From assembly GCF_006345805.1 (NCBI RefSeq), contig NC_042998.1, positions 42,284,001 through 42,348,000 of the forward strand: a stretch of 64,000 nt of DNA, written 5' to 3'. Below, in pieces: positions 1 to 13,029 of this stretch. The position numbers and the translations under genes were made by a program. Source of the DNA: Octopus sinensis (taxonomy: Eukaryota). How positions within the stretch are numbered: position 1 is the stretch's first letter; the number at the start of each line of letters is the position of its first letter. The notes below the pieces were generated by a model. The model saw only the letters and a program-made list of their open reading frames with translations, was not told the DNA's origin and searched no databases.

Positions 1-1171
1 GTTCTCGATTGGATTCAGGTCTGGGCTCTGGGGTGGCCATTGGATTATGTTAATATTATGGTGATCAAAAAATTCCATAACCTTTTTGGCTTTGTGCACA
101 GGACTATTGTCCTGCTGATAAATAGCCCCCGGAGGCATTTGGTGAGTCAAATATGGCACAACATTATCCTTTAGTAGCTTCATATAACCTACACTATTTA
201 GCTTTCCATCAACTTTAACTAGAGGGCCAACACCAAAGCTACTAAATGCCACCTACACCATCACACTCCTATCCCCCGTGTGTGCTGTCTTTTTCATGTA
301 TTTTGGATGGAATTCCTCGGTTGGGTGACGTCTGATGTATGTTTTACCATCTGATCCAAATATACAGAAGCATGACTCGTCACTCCAAAGAACCCTGCAC
401 CAATCTTCAGCAGTCCATTAAGCATGGCTTTTTGTGAAATTAAGGTGTTTGAGTTGATTTCTTTTGAATATTATTGGCTTTTTCCAAGCGATTCGTCCAT
501 GTAGTCCAAATTCTCTCAAATGGTTGCAGACGGTTCGTGGTGTAAAAATAACACCATTCTCGTTGGACAATTGTTTACAAATGTCAACGGCTGTCAACAT
601 TCGGTTGCCTTCCAAAAGTCAGTGGATTCGATGGTCCAACTGTGCCATCGTTTTTCTTGGGGCGCCAGGTCCTTTGCCAATGTTTATATTGACCTGTCTC
701 CAAGTATAACTTCCATGCTTGCATGCAAGCCATTTTACTGCATTTTAGTTGCTTGCTGATATTTGAAAAGGAAACTTTTTGCGAATGGAGTAATATGACT
801 GTTGCTCTTGTGACTGGACTAAGGCTACATTGTTTTCCCATTATTAATCAATTGTATAATAACGTTAAATTATAACACTATATAGTGCAGTTAGGCTAGT
901 TGTGTGACCACCCATTTTGGCAAAACAAATTTGCATACATATTACATGGTCTTAAACTAATTTTGCCAGTAAATTTGAAACATTTCTATTAATTTAGCAT
1001 TAGAATTCTTCAAGTTATATAAAAAATAGTTATTGTTTGCATCATTCAAAAGAGAAATAAATTCTGCATAAGGTGTAAAAGATAAAAATAATTTGTATAG
1101 TGTTAGTAACAAAATATTTTGTAAGAAATAGAACTTTTATCATCGGTCTTAAATCTATTTTCGCCAGTGTA
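1..1171 (-). mobile_element. Tc1-like (DD34E) DNA transposon remnant, frameshifted, running off the window edge
   Basis: The minus strand translates to an N-terminal HTH-like region (ORFs 584-841 and 418-615), then W-S-D-E-S, Y-Q-Q-D-N-S-P-V-H and W-P-P-Q-S-P-D-L-N-P-I-E-N, with 34 residues between D and E. The terminus reads TA-CACTGGCGAAAATAGATTTAAGACC at 1171-1145. Confidence 0.9.
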
Positions 1172-1187
1172 TGTGTGTGTGTGTGTC

Positions 1188-1222
<35 letters not shown>

Positions 1223-1452
1223 GCATTTATATATATATATATATATATATATAAACATATACACGCAATATACACCCATGCCAGTCACTTAAATTATGTA
1301 AAAATGAAAATAACACTGACATCCTATTTTCACAATCTTCCATTGCAGTGTTCATGTTTGAAAGACTACAGAAAATATTACCTTGCTTGAAAAGAAGGGG
1401 TTGGCAACTGGAAGGGCATCTGGTTGTAGATAATATGCTTCATTTTGTCTGT

Positions 1453-1778
1453 GAAGGTGCATGGTGCTGTGGTTAGAACATTGGGCTCACAATCATGAAA
1501 TAGCGAGTTCGATTGCTGGACTGAGTTGTGTGTTGCCCTCTTGAGCAAGACATTTTATTTCACATTGCTTCAGTTCACTCAACTGTAGAAATGACTTGTG
1601 ACATGACTGGTGCCAAGCTGTAACAGTCTTTCCCTTTCCCTTGGATAAGATTGGTGGAGTGGAGAGGGGAAGCTGCTGGTCTTCCATAAACAACCTTGCT
1701 TGGACTTGTACCTCAGAAGGTAACTTTCTAAGTGCAATCCCATGGTCATTTATGACTGACAGGGGGCTCTTTACCCTT
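1453..1778 (+). mobile_element. tRNA-derived SINE (family D here)
   Basis: Pol III-like head (A-box-like tgctgtggttag, B-box GAGTTCGATTGC) followed by TTGAGCAAGACA. The body is homologous to the inverted copy at 29362-29692. Confidence 0.75.
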
Positions 1779-1839
1779 TGCCTTAACTATGCAAGTATGG
1801 AAAAGTTGACATTGGGCCTTTTGCCTAGAGTAGAAAAGA

Positions 1840-1895
<56 letters not shown>

Positions 1896-1904
1896 TTATG
1901 TGTG

Positions 1905-2120
1905 TAGTTTTGTGTCTGCATTTGTCCTCTCCCCCATCGCTTGGCAACCAATGTTAGTGTGTTTACATCCCCATAACTTAGCAGTTCAGCAAAAAGAGAC
2001 TGATTGAATAAGTACTAAGCTTATAAAGAATAAGTCCTGGGGTTGATTTCTTTGACTAAAAATCCCTTTAAGGCAGTAGCTCCAGCATGGCTGCAGTCAA
2101 ATGACTGAACAAGTAAAAGT
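1905..2120 (+). mobile_element. SINE family A, 3' half
   Basis: Matches the 3' half of full copies at 12596-13020 and 39781-40168 (gtgtttacatccc...aataagtact...ccagcatggc...aatgactgaa..aagtaaaag). Confidence 0.8.
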
Positions 2121-2332
2121 TTAGAAGACTAAAAGAATCGAGATCTTGTGCACCTGAAATCTGATCTTCTATTTGAGATGACCAAACTTTACACACTTTA
2201 CTTCCAAGCGCTGCCATGAATAATGGATGTGAGGGAGAATGTCATAACTTAGAGATAGAATTCAATGTCAATCAGTATATTTGAGCTCTGTCACCATAGC
2301 AACAGTCCTATACATTTTGATCAGATCTTATA

Positions 2333-3482
2333 TCATCATCATCATCATCATCATCATTTAGCGTCCGTTTTCCATGCTAGCATGGGTTGGACGGTTCAAC
2401 TGGGGTCTGGGGAGCCCGAAGGCTGCACCAGGCCAGTCAGATCTGGCAGTGTTTCTACAGCTGGATGCCCTTCCTAACGCCAACCACTCCGAGAGTGTAG
2501 TGGGTGATTTTATGTGCCACCGACACAGGTGCCAGACGAGGCTGGCGAACGGCCACGCTCGGATGGTGTTTTTATGTGCCACCGACACAGGTGCCAGACG
2601 AGGCTGGCAGATGGCCACGCTCGGATGGTGTTTTTATGTGCCACCGACACAGGTGCCAGATGAGGCTGGCGGACGGCCACGATCGGATGGTGTTTGTTAC
2701 GTCCCCAAAGCACGGAGGCCAGTCTATGCGGTACTGGCTACGGCCACGTTCACGTTCGGATGATTTTCTTGTGTGCCACCGGCACTGGTACCACAAAGAT
2801 ACAAATTCCATTGATGTTCATCTATTTTGATTTGTTTTGATTTGATTTTCACTTGCCTCAACAGGTCTTCACAAGTGTCACAAGAAGGAAGGTATGCACA
2901 GGTGGACTGACTACGTCCCAGGTAGGGGCCACGGGTTATGGCCTGACTAGTCTTGCCGGGTCTTCGGATGGTGTTTTTATGTGCCACCGACACAGGTGCC
3001 AGATGAGGCTGGCGAACGGCCACGATCGGATGGTGTTTGTTACGTGCCCACAGCACAGAGGCCAGTCGATGCGGTACTGGCTACGGCCACGTTCGGATGG
3101 TTTTCTTGTGTGCCACCGGCACTGGTACCACAAAGATACAAATTCCATTGATGTTCATCTATTTTGATTTGATTTGATTTGATTTTCACTTGCCTCAACA
3201 GGTCTTCACAGGTCTTCACAAGTGTCACAAGAAGGAAGGAAGGTATGCACAGGTGGACTGACTACGTCCCAAGTAGGGGCCACGGGTTATGGCCTGACTA
3301 GTCTTGCCGGGTCTTCGGTTGGTGTTTTTATGTGCCACCGACACAGGTGCCAGATGAGACTGGCGAACGGCCACGATCGGATGGTGTTTGTTATGTGCCC
3401 ACATCACAGAGGCCAGTCGATGTGGTACTGGCTACGGCCATGTTCGGATGGTTTTCTTGTGTGCCACCGGTACTGGTACCAC
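2333..3482 (-). mobile_element. RTE-LINE 3'-end derivative with nested tandem amplification
   Basis: (CAT)n tail plus the same ~180 bp terminal segment as the LINE end at 34340-34527. Internal ~59 bp repeats at 2508-2690 and a ~345-350 bp unit present about 2.4 times. Confidence 0.85.
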
Positions 3483-4080
3483 AATATATATATATGGCAA
3501 AATGGCTATCAGATTTCTGAGATTGGTTGGCTTTTATCTTAATATCTTTCCATTATATATAATTTTCAAGAAACCTTTGCTTGAAATATTTCTTTCTGTA
3601 TATGGTGCACAGATGTTCTGGAATTTTTTTTTTCTTTTGCAAATCCCTGAAGGATGTTAAGCCTGTAACATCATGAAACAAATATGATGTCAAAAACATC
3701 TACAGGACTGGACAAATAGAGTAGGCACTTATGAAGATTTCATATTTAAAAATGTCAAGATGGCCATTTACAGAGCCATTTAATTTTCTCCAACTCTATT
3801 TGTTTTTACTCAAGCTTTATAGAGGTGAAGCTTCAAAATAAAATATTGTATATCCAAAGGTATCTTCTTGGCTAAAAGTTGAAGAATACAAAGTTGTATT
3901 TCTGATAGTGAATGTGTGTTCTAAACCATTCTTTTAGTAAAGTAGGTTCTGTTCATTTTCCAAGTAAACATGTTCTTGGTGGATGGCAAGATGTCAATTG
4001 GAAATTTTAAAATGCATCAGCATGCTTCATTACAGTTAATACCTTCACTACTAATTGGAACTCTTCATCTTTTATCTTTC

Positions 4081-4460
4081 CTTCTACTTGTTTCAGTTAT
4101 TTTAATTGTGGCCATGCTGGAGCACCACCTTGAAGGTTTTAGTCAAACAAATCAACCCCAGGACTTGTTTTTTTAAAGCTTGATACTTACTCCATCAGTC
4201 TCTTTTGCTGAATTGGGGATGTAAACACACCAACACTGGTTGTCAAGCAGTAGTGGGGGACATACACTGACACAAAGACACACACACATTGATATATACA
4301 TATATATATATGATGAGCTTGTTTCAGTTCCTATCTACCAAATCCACTCACAAGGCTTTGGTCGGCCCAAGGTTATAGTTGAAGACACTTACCCAAAGTG
4401 TAACACAGTGGAACTGAACCTGGGACCATGTGGTTGAGAAGCAAACGTCTAACCACACAG
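4081..4460 (-). mobile_element. SINE family A
   Basis: Reverse complement of the 39781-40168 copy, with the internal CA/TA microsatellite. Confidence 0.8.
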
Positions 4461-4987
4461 GTTGTTTGCTGATATACTCGAACAAAATATTTGGTTGTGT
4501 TGACTGAGTGACAGAACTTAATATTAATCTGTGCATCAAGACATTTGATAACTGTAAGCAGAAATGCATGTCAATGTCAACGTTCTTATAATTTATTTTT
4601 ATCACGGATATAAATAGAAGAGCAACGTCACACATAAGACACTCTATTCAGGCTTCCACACATGCACGCACACATGCAAGCAGGCACACATGTACACACA
4701 CACACGCACAAAGAGAAAGAGCAAGCGCAAGGGAATTGAATAGCAACATCAACTACACTTCAGTGCTGATGTTGGTGTGTTTACATCCCCCAGTTCAGTA
4801 AAAGAGACTGATAGAATAAGCATCAAACTTTAAAATATAAGCCCTGGGGTTGATTTGTTCAACTAAAACCCTTGAAGGTGGTGCCCCAGCATGACCACAA
4901 AAAGAAAAAAATGATTGAAACAAGTAAAAGAAAATATTTTCTTTTCTGTTAAAATATATATCCACATCTTTGAATTTATTTTATCAG

Positions 4988-5094
4988 CTTCTTAAGATTC
5001 CTTCTGAAGCGTTTTATTATTTCGCCTCCAAGGTACTGTTAGATCTAACATGTTCTGAAAATTCAGCTGATATAATTGTCTATTTGATTGAAGG
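4988..5094 (+). CDS. Gene A candidate coding exon (LLKIPSEAFYYFASKVLLDLTCSENSADIIVYLIEG)
   Basis: Acceptor tttattttatcag|. The weak donor GG|gtattt gives phase 2, matching the next exon. An alternative donor CAAG|gtactg exists at 5032. Confidence 0.45.
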
Positions 5095-5477
5095 GTATTT
5101 TCATGGTTATTCTGAAGAGAACATTGCAAAAGACGATCTCTTTTGTTTGCAATTCATAGACCTTTGTTTACTTTTCCTCAGTAGACTAGTGTCTAGTCAT
5201 GGAATGTTTGACAACACCAGCACTAAGACATAGTTGATGTTGCTGTTCAATTCCCTTGTGCCAGCTTTTTATAGGACTTACGTGTGACATTGCTTTTCTA
5301 TTTCTTGCTATCTGCTCCTTGTGAGCCTGGAAGCATCAACATTAAAAAAGGACTGAACTGATGTACCTATATTGTGGTTTTCTATTTCTGTTTTCTAACT
5401 TGAGAGCTTTGGGAGAGATTCTTCCTATGTTTTTTCAAGTATCAACTTAATTATTTGTTTTGCTAACTTTTGAGCTA

Positions 5478-5935
5478 ACTGGGTTGAGTAAAAAGTAAGC
5501 AATGTTTCAAACCATGAAGAATTTGTACCAGATTTTTGAATTTTTTTAAATATTCTTTTGCAATTGTCTGATAATACAGACATAGACTTGCCCAAATGCA
5601 TCAATAAATTAACATTGATATTTTTTTCACTGTTGTTACAGTTATCTGAAATGGAACTGTCAAAGTATGATATTTGAGCAATTTTGCTATTCAACTTCAA
5701 AAAAGGATGTACAGCAGCTGAAATTGCTTGCAATATCAACAAAACATTTGGTGAGGAAATGACCAGTGAGTGATCAGTTCAAAAGTGGTTTAAACAATTT
5801 TACAGTGGAGACCTGAGCCTTGAAGATCATGAGTATATTGGACATCCATCTGTCATCGAAGAAGTCAATTAAAAACTGTCATTGAGAAAGATCCACACAA
5901 AACCACACAAGAACTGGCAAAAGAACCAGTACAGG
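5478..5935 (+). mobile_element. mariner transposase 5' remnant
   Basis: From about 5652 it translates to MELSKYDI*AILLFNFKKGCTAAEIACNINKTFGEEMTSE*SVQKWFKQFYSGDLSLED, a mariner N-terminal HTH with stops. A TIR-like ctgggttgagtaaaaagt lies upstream. Confidence 0.8.
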
Positions 5936-6231
5936 TCCTAGTGGGTGGAGTGTTTCCTCATCAATTGTCTAGTGTGGAGGATTTTCTGCTCATTTTGACA
6001 AGCAGTAAGCTGGTAGATTTTGGTTTCAAATCTCAGGCAGAGTCAAGCCAGACCCCAACATATCTAACTATATTGCTACTGTATCAATGTCTCCCACTTT
6101 TATTTTTAGCTCCTTGCTTTATAAACTTTACTTTTACTCAACTTTTATGTTATCATAAAACCATTGATCCCTACTCAAAAACATCTCACTTACTTTTCTT
6201 GTTTTTCTTCGTTTTCCCCCGAATACATTAG

Positions 6232-6294
6232 AGATATAACTGACATACGTGAAATATCAAAGGACTTTCCAAGAGATGCTCCCCATTCTTTGAA
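6232..6294 (+). CDS. Gene A coding exon (DITDIREISKDFPRDAPHSL)
   Basis: Pyrimidine tract ...cattag| and donor |gtaagt; 63 bp, phase 2-2, open frame. Confidence 0.7.
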
Positions 6295-6579
6295 GTAAGT
6301 TACTTTTTATATTATCCCAAATTTGTTTGTAAATTATTCTTTACATAACTCTGTATAGTTTTGTTATATTACAAAAGTAAAACGTAAACAGGTGTTTTTG
6401 ATAGTTGTATGTGTGTGTGTGTATATATATATATATACACACACATACATACATACATATGCATACATACATACACACACACACGTGTATATGTATATAT
6501 ATTATATAACCTATGCCAGCATGGAAAAAAGTACGTTATATGATGATGTGCTTATAATTGTATATATTTTATATATACA

Positions 6580-6647
<68 letters not shown>

Positions 6648-6655
<8 letters not shown>

Positions 6656-6950
6656 ACCATGTGATCATGTGACCCACCAGGCTATCAGATGTTGCTACGC
6701 ATCGCTGGTCACAATGTGCTTCGCATTGTTTTAGCCTTCAAATGACACCACCCCACTGGCTAAGCGAGCAGGCCAACAGAAGAAAGTTGCAGTGAATCAG
6801 TACAGCAGGGATCGCCCCCCCCCCTGCCGGTGCCTCGTGCAGCTTTAGGTGTTTTCACTCAATAAACACTCACAATGCCCGGTTTGGGAATTGAAACCAT
6901 TATCCCACGACTGTGAGTCCATTGCCCTAACCACTGGGCCATTGCACCTC
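6648..6950 (-). mobile_element. tRNA-head SINE (family D-like head, different body)
   Basis: The reverse complement begins ggtgcaatggcccagtggttagggcaatggactcacagtcgt...ggtttcaattccc, with A- and B-box-like motifs. Confidence 0.7.
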
Positions 6951-8272
6951 TCTATATATATATATTGTTTTGTTTCTCATTTTGGTTCCTTTGATCATAT
7001 AATCAATAATAGTGAAAGTTTCCAGTCATGCTGCTTCAACATCACTCTTCCCATTTTTTAAAGATCTTTTGTTATTACTCCAAACACTGCCAACTACTAG
7101 TTGTTGCTCAAATATCTCTTGTCCTCCACTCGGGGCACTTGTCTCAATCCATCTCTTCTGAGCCCATATACGGTTGCTCTGTGTCATTTAATGAAAAGTT
7201 TATGTCCAGTGGTCTGTACTGATAACTTTCTAAGTATTTAGAGCTGGTTTACAGAAAATGGATTACATTAGAAACAGTTAAATGTTAGCTGAATGTTATG
7301 TGAGTTTATTAAAGATGAGAACAAAAGGCCTTTAAAGGTAAGTTTAAAAAATAATCACCTTTTTAAGATAAGGAAATATGATTACAGATATACATGGAAA
7401 GCTTTAGACATTCAGTTAAAAATGATGTAGTGAATAGTTTATTCTGTGTATGGAATGGATAAGTGGAATGGATAGCAAAACAAAAAACTGAATTTAATAA
7501 TTAAAATTTGTTTCTCAGTTGTGAGAAAATAAGGTAAAACTTTAGGGAATACAGCCAAAATCACTAAATGTGACTAAGGTGTTAGAAACACTTACATTGC
7601 TAGAAATAAGAGCTAAAATACTTTAATGTTGTAGTCAAAGCACATAATTGTATACATATATACTGATTGGAACTGTAATCGTCCAAAAACACCTTTCAAG
7701 AAATCCTTATACTCCTTATAGTCAGTTTTGGCAATTTCTGTTTCCTTATCAGTAAGGACTGGCTCAACTCTGGCAGTTACCAGACTTAATTCTCTATCAG
7801 TATATATGTTTTCATCATAGAAATCTATGGGTGATTTAGCAAATCACTAATGTGTTTTTGGATGATTACACTCCCTGTTAGTATATATATATGTGTACAG
7901 TTATGTACTTTGATGGCAGCATTGGAGCATTTTAGCTCTTATTTCTTGCAATGTCGATGTTTTTAAAGCCTTAGTCACATTTAGTGACAATTATATATAC
8001 AAGGGGTACCCAAAGGAAACTGGAATTTTGCAAGTACTGGGGTCATTTTGTTTGACCCGACCCTTGTTGTAGTATGGCAACAGTCTAATGACTGAAATAA
8101 GTAAAAGATAATGATAAAGGATACAATTTGTGACAAAAATGCTTGGTTGAAACATGGAAATTAACTTTCCAGATAATTTTGGTAAATATTTTACTAATGT
8201 CTTGTTTTTAGTAATAATTTTGTTTATGGCTAAAAAGTTTTAGATTGTGAAGGCTTTTCTTAATGCATACTC

Positions 8273-8630
8273 TCTCTTTTACTCTTTTACTTGTTTCAGT
8301 CATTTGACTGCGGCCATGCTGGAGCACCGCCTTTAGTCAAGCAACTCGACCCCGGGACTTATTCTTTTGTAAGCCCAGTACTTATTCTATCAGTCTCTTT
8401 TGCTGAACTGCTAATTAATGCTAGGGGGACAAACACAGACACATAAACATATATATATACATATATACAACGGGCTTCTTTCAGTTTCCGTCTACCAAAT
8501 CCACTCACAAGGCTTTGGTCGGCCCGAGGCTATAGTAGAAGACACTTGCCCAAGGTTCCACGTGGTGGGACTGAACCCAGAACCATGTGGTTGGTAAACA
8601 AGCTACTTACCACACAGCCACTCCTGCGCC
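8273..8630 (-). mobile_element. SINE family A
   Basis: Full head-to-tail homology with the other family A copies; (TTTTACTC)n tail. Confidence 0.85.
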
Positions 8631-8661
8631 TATGTTTACTTTTAATTATAATTTACCCCAG

Positions 8662-8812
8662 AAATCTTTGGCCAAAAGAAGTATGTAAACTATTGTTCAC
8701 ATTAGGATCAATGCTAAGTATTAATCTTGAAAATTATAGACTATATGGGAATTTGACAAGGCAACTTTCCATGGATGAAACTGATGATGGTTTTGAAACA
8801 GAGCAGATGAAG
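8662..8812 (+). CDS. Gene A coding exon (NLWPKEVCKLLFTLGSMLSINLENYRLYGNLTRQLSMDETDDGFETEQMK)
   Basis: tttaccccag| acceptor and AAG|gtaaga donor; 151 bp, phase 2-0, consistent with neighbouring exons. Confidence 0.8.
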
Positions 8813-9002
8813 GTAAGAGGAAGAAATTTCCTGAGTAAAACATTAAATATTTGTTACTAGAAGGACGATCCAAGATAAAATAAGATTAGTGGGCATGGCT
8901 GACTGGAATTTGAACCTGTTTTGGCCATGGTTTTTTTGGCAGCATTACCTTTTGGCACTGAAGGCAAACATATATGCATGCAGAAAAATACACATGCATA
9001 TA

Positions 9003-9175
9003 GATACATACATACATACATACATACATACATACATACATACATGGATGGATGGATGGATGGATGGATGGATGGATGGACGGACGGACGGACGGACGAA
9101 TGGATGGACGAACAGACGGACGGACGGACGGACGGACGGACGGACGAATGGACGGACGGACGGATGGATGGATAC
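9003..9175. repeat. Compound tetranucleotide microsatellite (ATAC)n-(ATGG)n-(ACGG)n
   Basis: Read directly from the sequence. Confidence 0.95.
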
Positions 9176-9787
9176 CATGTAGTGGTATTCAATTGAGCCT
9201 CAGATTAAGTATGAAGTCTCCCATCCCTTGTGGGGAAATAAAACTCAGGGTGCAAAAATCTAGAATGATGCAGCAAAGCACTGGACTTGATATTCTTACA
9301 GCTCCTACAATCAATTGCCTTAAGTTGATACTTTTTTATAGACCCTGAAGGGAAAAAGGTACAGTTGACTTGAGTGTGATTTGAACTTGGAAAGTTGGAA
9401 CAAATGTGCAAGGCATTCTATTTGATGCTCTTATAATTCTGCAAATTTGCCACCTAATAACTGTCAATTCCTTGTCTTTACGACAAGCTTTTACACTTTC
9501 CTATATCTATAAGTTATTTTACATAAACATGTGGATATTGCTTATGTTTCTCATTTTCACAAGATATTTAAAACTGTATTTTCAGAAATTATTCTGATGT
9601 TGAATTTTATCTGAAGAAAATATGATCTTTGATTTTCTTAAATATAATATCTCAAAAAGAGTTTCTCTAAATGCTGTTAGTGATATAGTATAGGTTATGG
9701 TTAAATAGATAGTATAGTATGGAATATAGTGAAATATTAGAGCTTCTTTTATTGATATTTTTATGTTATATATGATCTATTTTTTAG

Positions 9788-9991
9788 CTGGACTGTGACA
9801 AATGGATATACTCAGCTAAATTATTACTTTCTGACATTCTCAAAGAGCCACTAACTGTTACATTTCCTAACATTGAAAAACAGAATAAAGTAGAAAAGTC
9901 ATTTGCTGAAGATACTAAGAAACCTTCACCTTCAATATCAGAATTCTTAGAGAAATTATATTTGCTCAGAAAAGATGACGGGAAAACGCAG
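9788..9991 (+). CDS. Gene A coding exon (LDCDKWIYSAKLLLSDILKEPL...RKDDGKTQ)
   Basis: ttttttag| acceptor and CAG|gtaatt donor; 204 bp, phase 0-0, open frame. Confidence 0.8.
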
Positions 9992-10719
9992 GTAATTATT
10001 TGATTAAAGTGTTTTAATTATTTTAGCCATGCAGTTATAGAAGCCATAGTTAAGTTTCATTGCTTGATCAAAATTTTGTGACTTTAACATCTAGAAATAG
10101 CTGTAGATAGAGCCCTAAGTATAGCATTTATTCCATGGTTTAGAATTGTTTCAACAATGTAGTAGGAAAGGTAGCAGATGAAATAGGCATGTGGATGATG
10201 TCAAAGTAAAACAATAGGAAAACAGTGGATTGTAGTTTAAATAATATATTTAAATGACACTTGCATTTACTTGTTGTATATATCAAATATTTCACTACAT
10301 CACATTACTAACTTACTTTGAGCTGGTGAAGAATAAATTAACAGGGAAAATACTGTGTCGATATGATAGGGTAGAATCGGACATGTTTCGTGTCTGTGTG
10401 TGCGTTGGTCAGTCAGTGGTGTCTGTTTATGTTCTGCATCTGCTACTGTGTTGGGTCTTTCTTGCTGAATATCTGTCTCTGTGTTGCCTGCTTAGCTGGC
10501 AAATTTACTTGCTGGCTGTCTCGCTTTTGGCTATCTCTCTTTCCCTGCTGTCCCTTGATGGATTGCTGCATTTATAATGGCCATGACAGCCAGAAGGACA
10601 GACATACCACAGGAGAAATTCCTACCTATGTAGGTCGGCGCCTGTCCACTTAAACTCTAAATGACATGGCTGCAGCCATAGGCCGCAGGGAAAAACCATC
10701 CATCACTTTTTGACATCAT

Positions 10720-11100
10720 CATCATCATCATCATCATCATCACCATCATCATTATCATCACCATTGTTTAACGTCCGTTTTCCATGCTAGCATGGGTTGG
10801 ACGGTTTAACTAGGGTCTGGGAAGCCAGGAGGCTGCACCAGGCTCCAGTCTGATTTGGCAGTGTTTCTACAGCTAGATGCCCTTCCTAATGCCAGCCATT
10901 TATGTGCTTTTTATGTGCCAGGGGAGGCTGGCAACGGCCATGATCAGTTGGTGCCTTTTACATGCCAATGGCACGGAAGCCAGTCAAGGTGGCGCTGGCA
11001 TCGGCCACATTCGGATGGTGCTTTTTACGTACCACCAGCACAGGTATCACAACTACAATTTCCATTTGATTTTTATTTTGATGTTGATGTACTTGACTCA
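10720..11100 (-). mobile_element. RTE-LINE 3' end fragment
   Basis: (CAT)n tail followed by aacgtccgttttccatgctagcatgggttggacgg, the shared terminal segment. Confidence 0.8.
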
Positions 11101-11668
11101 ACAAAGAAATTTCTTTCACACCTGTATGGCCAGTGGTGGATCAGATGAGGGAGAATCCTTAGATTCGGTTTCGAATCTCAGCTTGGAAAAAGGAAGTGTT
11201 AGTTTTTACAACAACATACAGATGACAGATAAAACATCATGTATATAGACATGGCTGAGAACAATGAAGGTAAATGAAATATCATTGTCTCCATTCTTGG
11301 ACTTACTCCACATGCACTCTCATTCCCACAGCTACTGATATATTTGTGTTTTTATACACAACACATTCATAAGAGATACTATCTCCAAAGAAATATAGTT
11401 AATTTGGCGTCTTCTAATGTATTTACAGTAAGTATGATACACAGATGGCTATTTTAGTCCCAAAATGGGCAGAAATACTGGATAATTTTCACCTGCTCCT
11501 GATATATTTGTGTTATTTAACACAGTGCACAAATAATAAATACTATGTCTGGATGAATACAGTAGGAAATTGGGCTTTGTGTAATATATTTGTATTAAGT
11601 ATGATACACAAATATCTATGCACACACACACACGTATGTATATGACAATGACAGTGATAATAATAATA

Positions 11669-11708
<40 letters not shown>

Positions 11709-11724
11709 TAGGAAGATGATGATG

Positions 11725-11768
<44 letters not shown>

Positions 11769-11769
<1 letters not shown>

Positions 11770-12310
11770 GATGCAGTACCAGACAGTGGCTCTCATGGCT
11801 TCTGATCTTAATTGATTGGAAGTGTACATTGTTTTGTCTTGGTATAAAAGATGAGCTACAGCAAATATTCTGCTCAGTACCACAGATTTGCTTGTCACTT
11901 GTGTGATCTTAATCAGTTGAGCATGTCCCTTAGTGGCTGATGATATGTGCATCTCTGATCACGAGCAAAAGTAGATGGAGAGCATCATATCCATGTATTG
12001 AGAGGAATTCTTTGGGGTTTGGATAATTCACCTCTGGAAACATGGGTGTTTCGTTCAACATACTTAAGCAACCCTTATTCAGGGACCTTTTGAGTGGGAT
12101 GTGCTACTCGACCAGAAGAAAATTCTAACTGGGCCCCTCCTGCAAGGTCATGCACTGTTAATCTTGATATGAGATCACCATGTCGTGCACATATGGTTGT
12201 GATGCATGTGTTTGGTGTACCCTTATTAGACGGATGGTCATGATGGGTATACTGGGCTTCGTATATTTTATCCCAGCGTCGCTTTGATGGCATGCACTGC
12301 TCTCTCACTC
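11769..12310. mobile_element. Unclassified interspersed repeat embedded in an (AAT)n tract
   Basis: A non-coding, more GC-rich ~540 bp block bounded by (AAT)n at 11656-11768 and aataacaac repeats at 12310-12330. Class not determinable by eye. Confidence 0.45.
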
Positions 12311-12328
12311 AATAACAACAACAACAAC

Positions 12329-12548
12329 AATGGTTTCAAATTTTGACACAAGGCTAGTTATTGGAAGAGAGAGGTGTAGTTGATTACACTGACCTCAGTA
12401 CTCAACTGGTACTTTTTTTTATCGAATCTGAAAGGATGAAAGGCAAAGTTGACCTTGACAGAATTTGAACTCAAAATGTAAAGAACCGGAAGAAATGCCA
12501 CTAAACACTTTGTCCAACAGACTAATGATTCTGCTAGTTTGCAACCTT
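12329..12548 (-). mobile_element. tRNA-derived SINE (family C)
   Basis: Reverse complement of the 41215-41428 and 60651-60870 copies (gagttcaaattc...ctttgcctttcatccttt...gata...aagtaccag). Confidence 0.8.
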
Positions 12549-12595
12549 AACAATGAGGATAATGATGGTGATGGAAAGTAATTACAATATTAATA

Positions 12596-13020
12596 GCTGC
12601 AGGAGTGGCTGTGTGGTAAGTAGCTTGCTCAACAACCACATGGTCCTGGGTTCAGTCCCACTCCATGGCACTTTGGGCAAGTGTCTTCTACTATAGCCTC
12701 GGGCCAACCAAAGCCTTGTAAGTGGATTTGGTAGATGGAAACTGAAAGAAGCCCGTTGTATATATGTATACGTATGTGTATATGTATATATGTGTATATG
12801 TATATATGTATATGTGTGTATGTTTATCCCCCCAACATTGCTTGACAACCGATGCTGGTGTGTTTACATCCACGTAACTTAGTGGTTCGGCAAAAGAGAC
12901 TGATAGAATAAGTACTAGGCTTCCAAAGAATAAGTCGTGGGGTAGAATTGTTAGACTAAAGGCGGTGCTTCAGCATGGCCTCAGTGAAATGACTGAAACA
13001 ATTAAAAGACTTAAAAGAGT
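12596..13020 (+). mobile_element. SINE family A, full length
   Basis: A-box-like GTGGCTGTGTGG, B-box-like GGTTCAGTCCC, CTTTGGGCAAGTGTC motif, internal (TA)n, tail aaaagagt. Confidence 0.85.
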
Positions 13021-13029
13021 TAAAGTGTA

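Noticed and set aside
2508-2690. Regular ~59 bp repeats superficially like a CRISPR array
   Set aside because: There are no unique spacers and no cas genes; the units are the RTE 3' UTR hairpin repeat found throughout the window.
10370-10425. Minus-strand GAAACATGTC with upstream CTGACTGA
   Set aside because: No stem II or stem I pairing.
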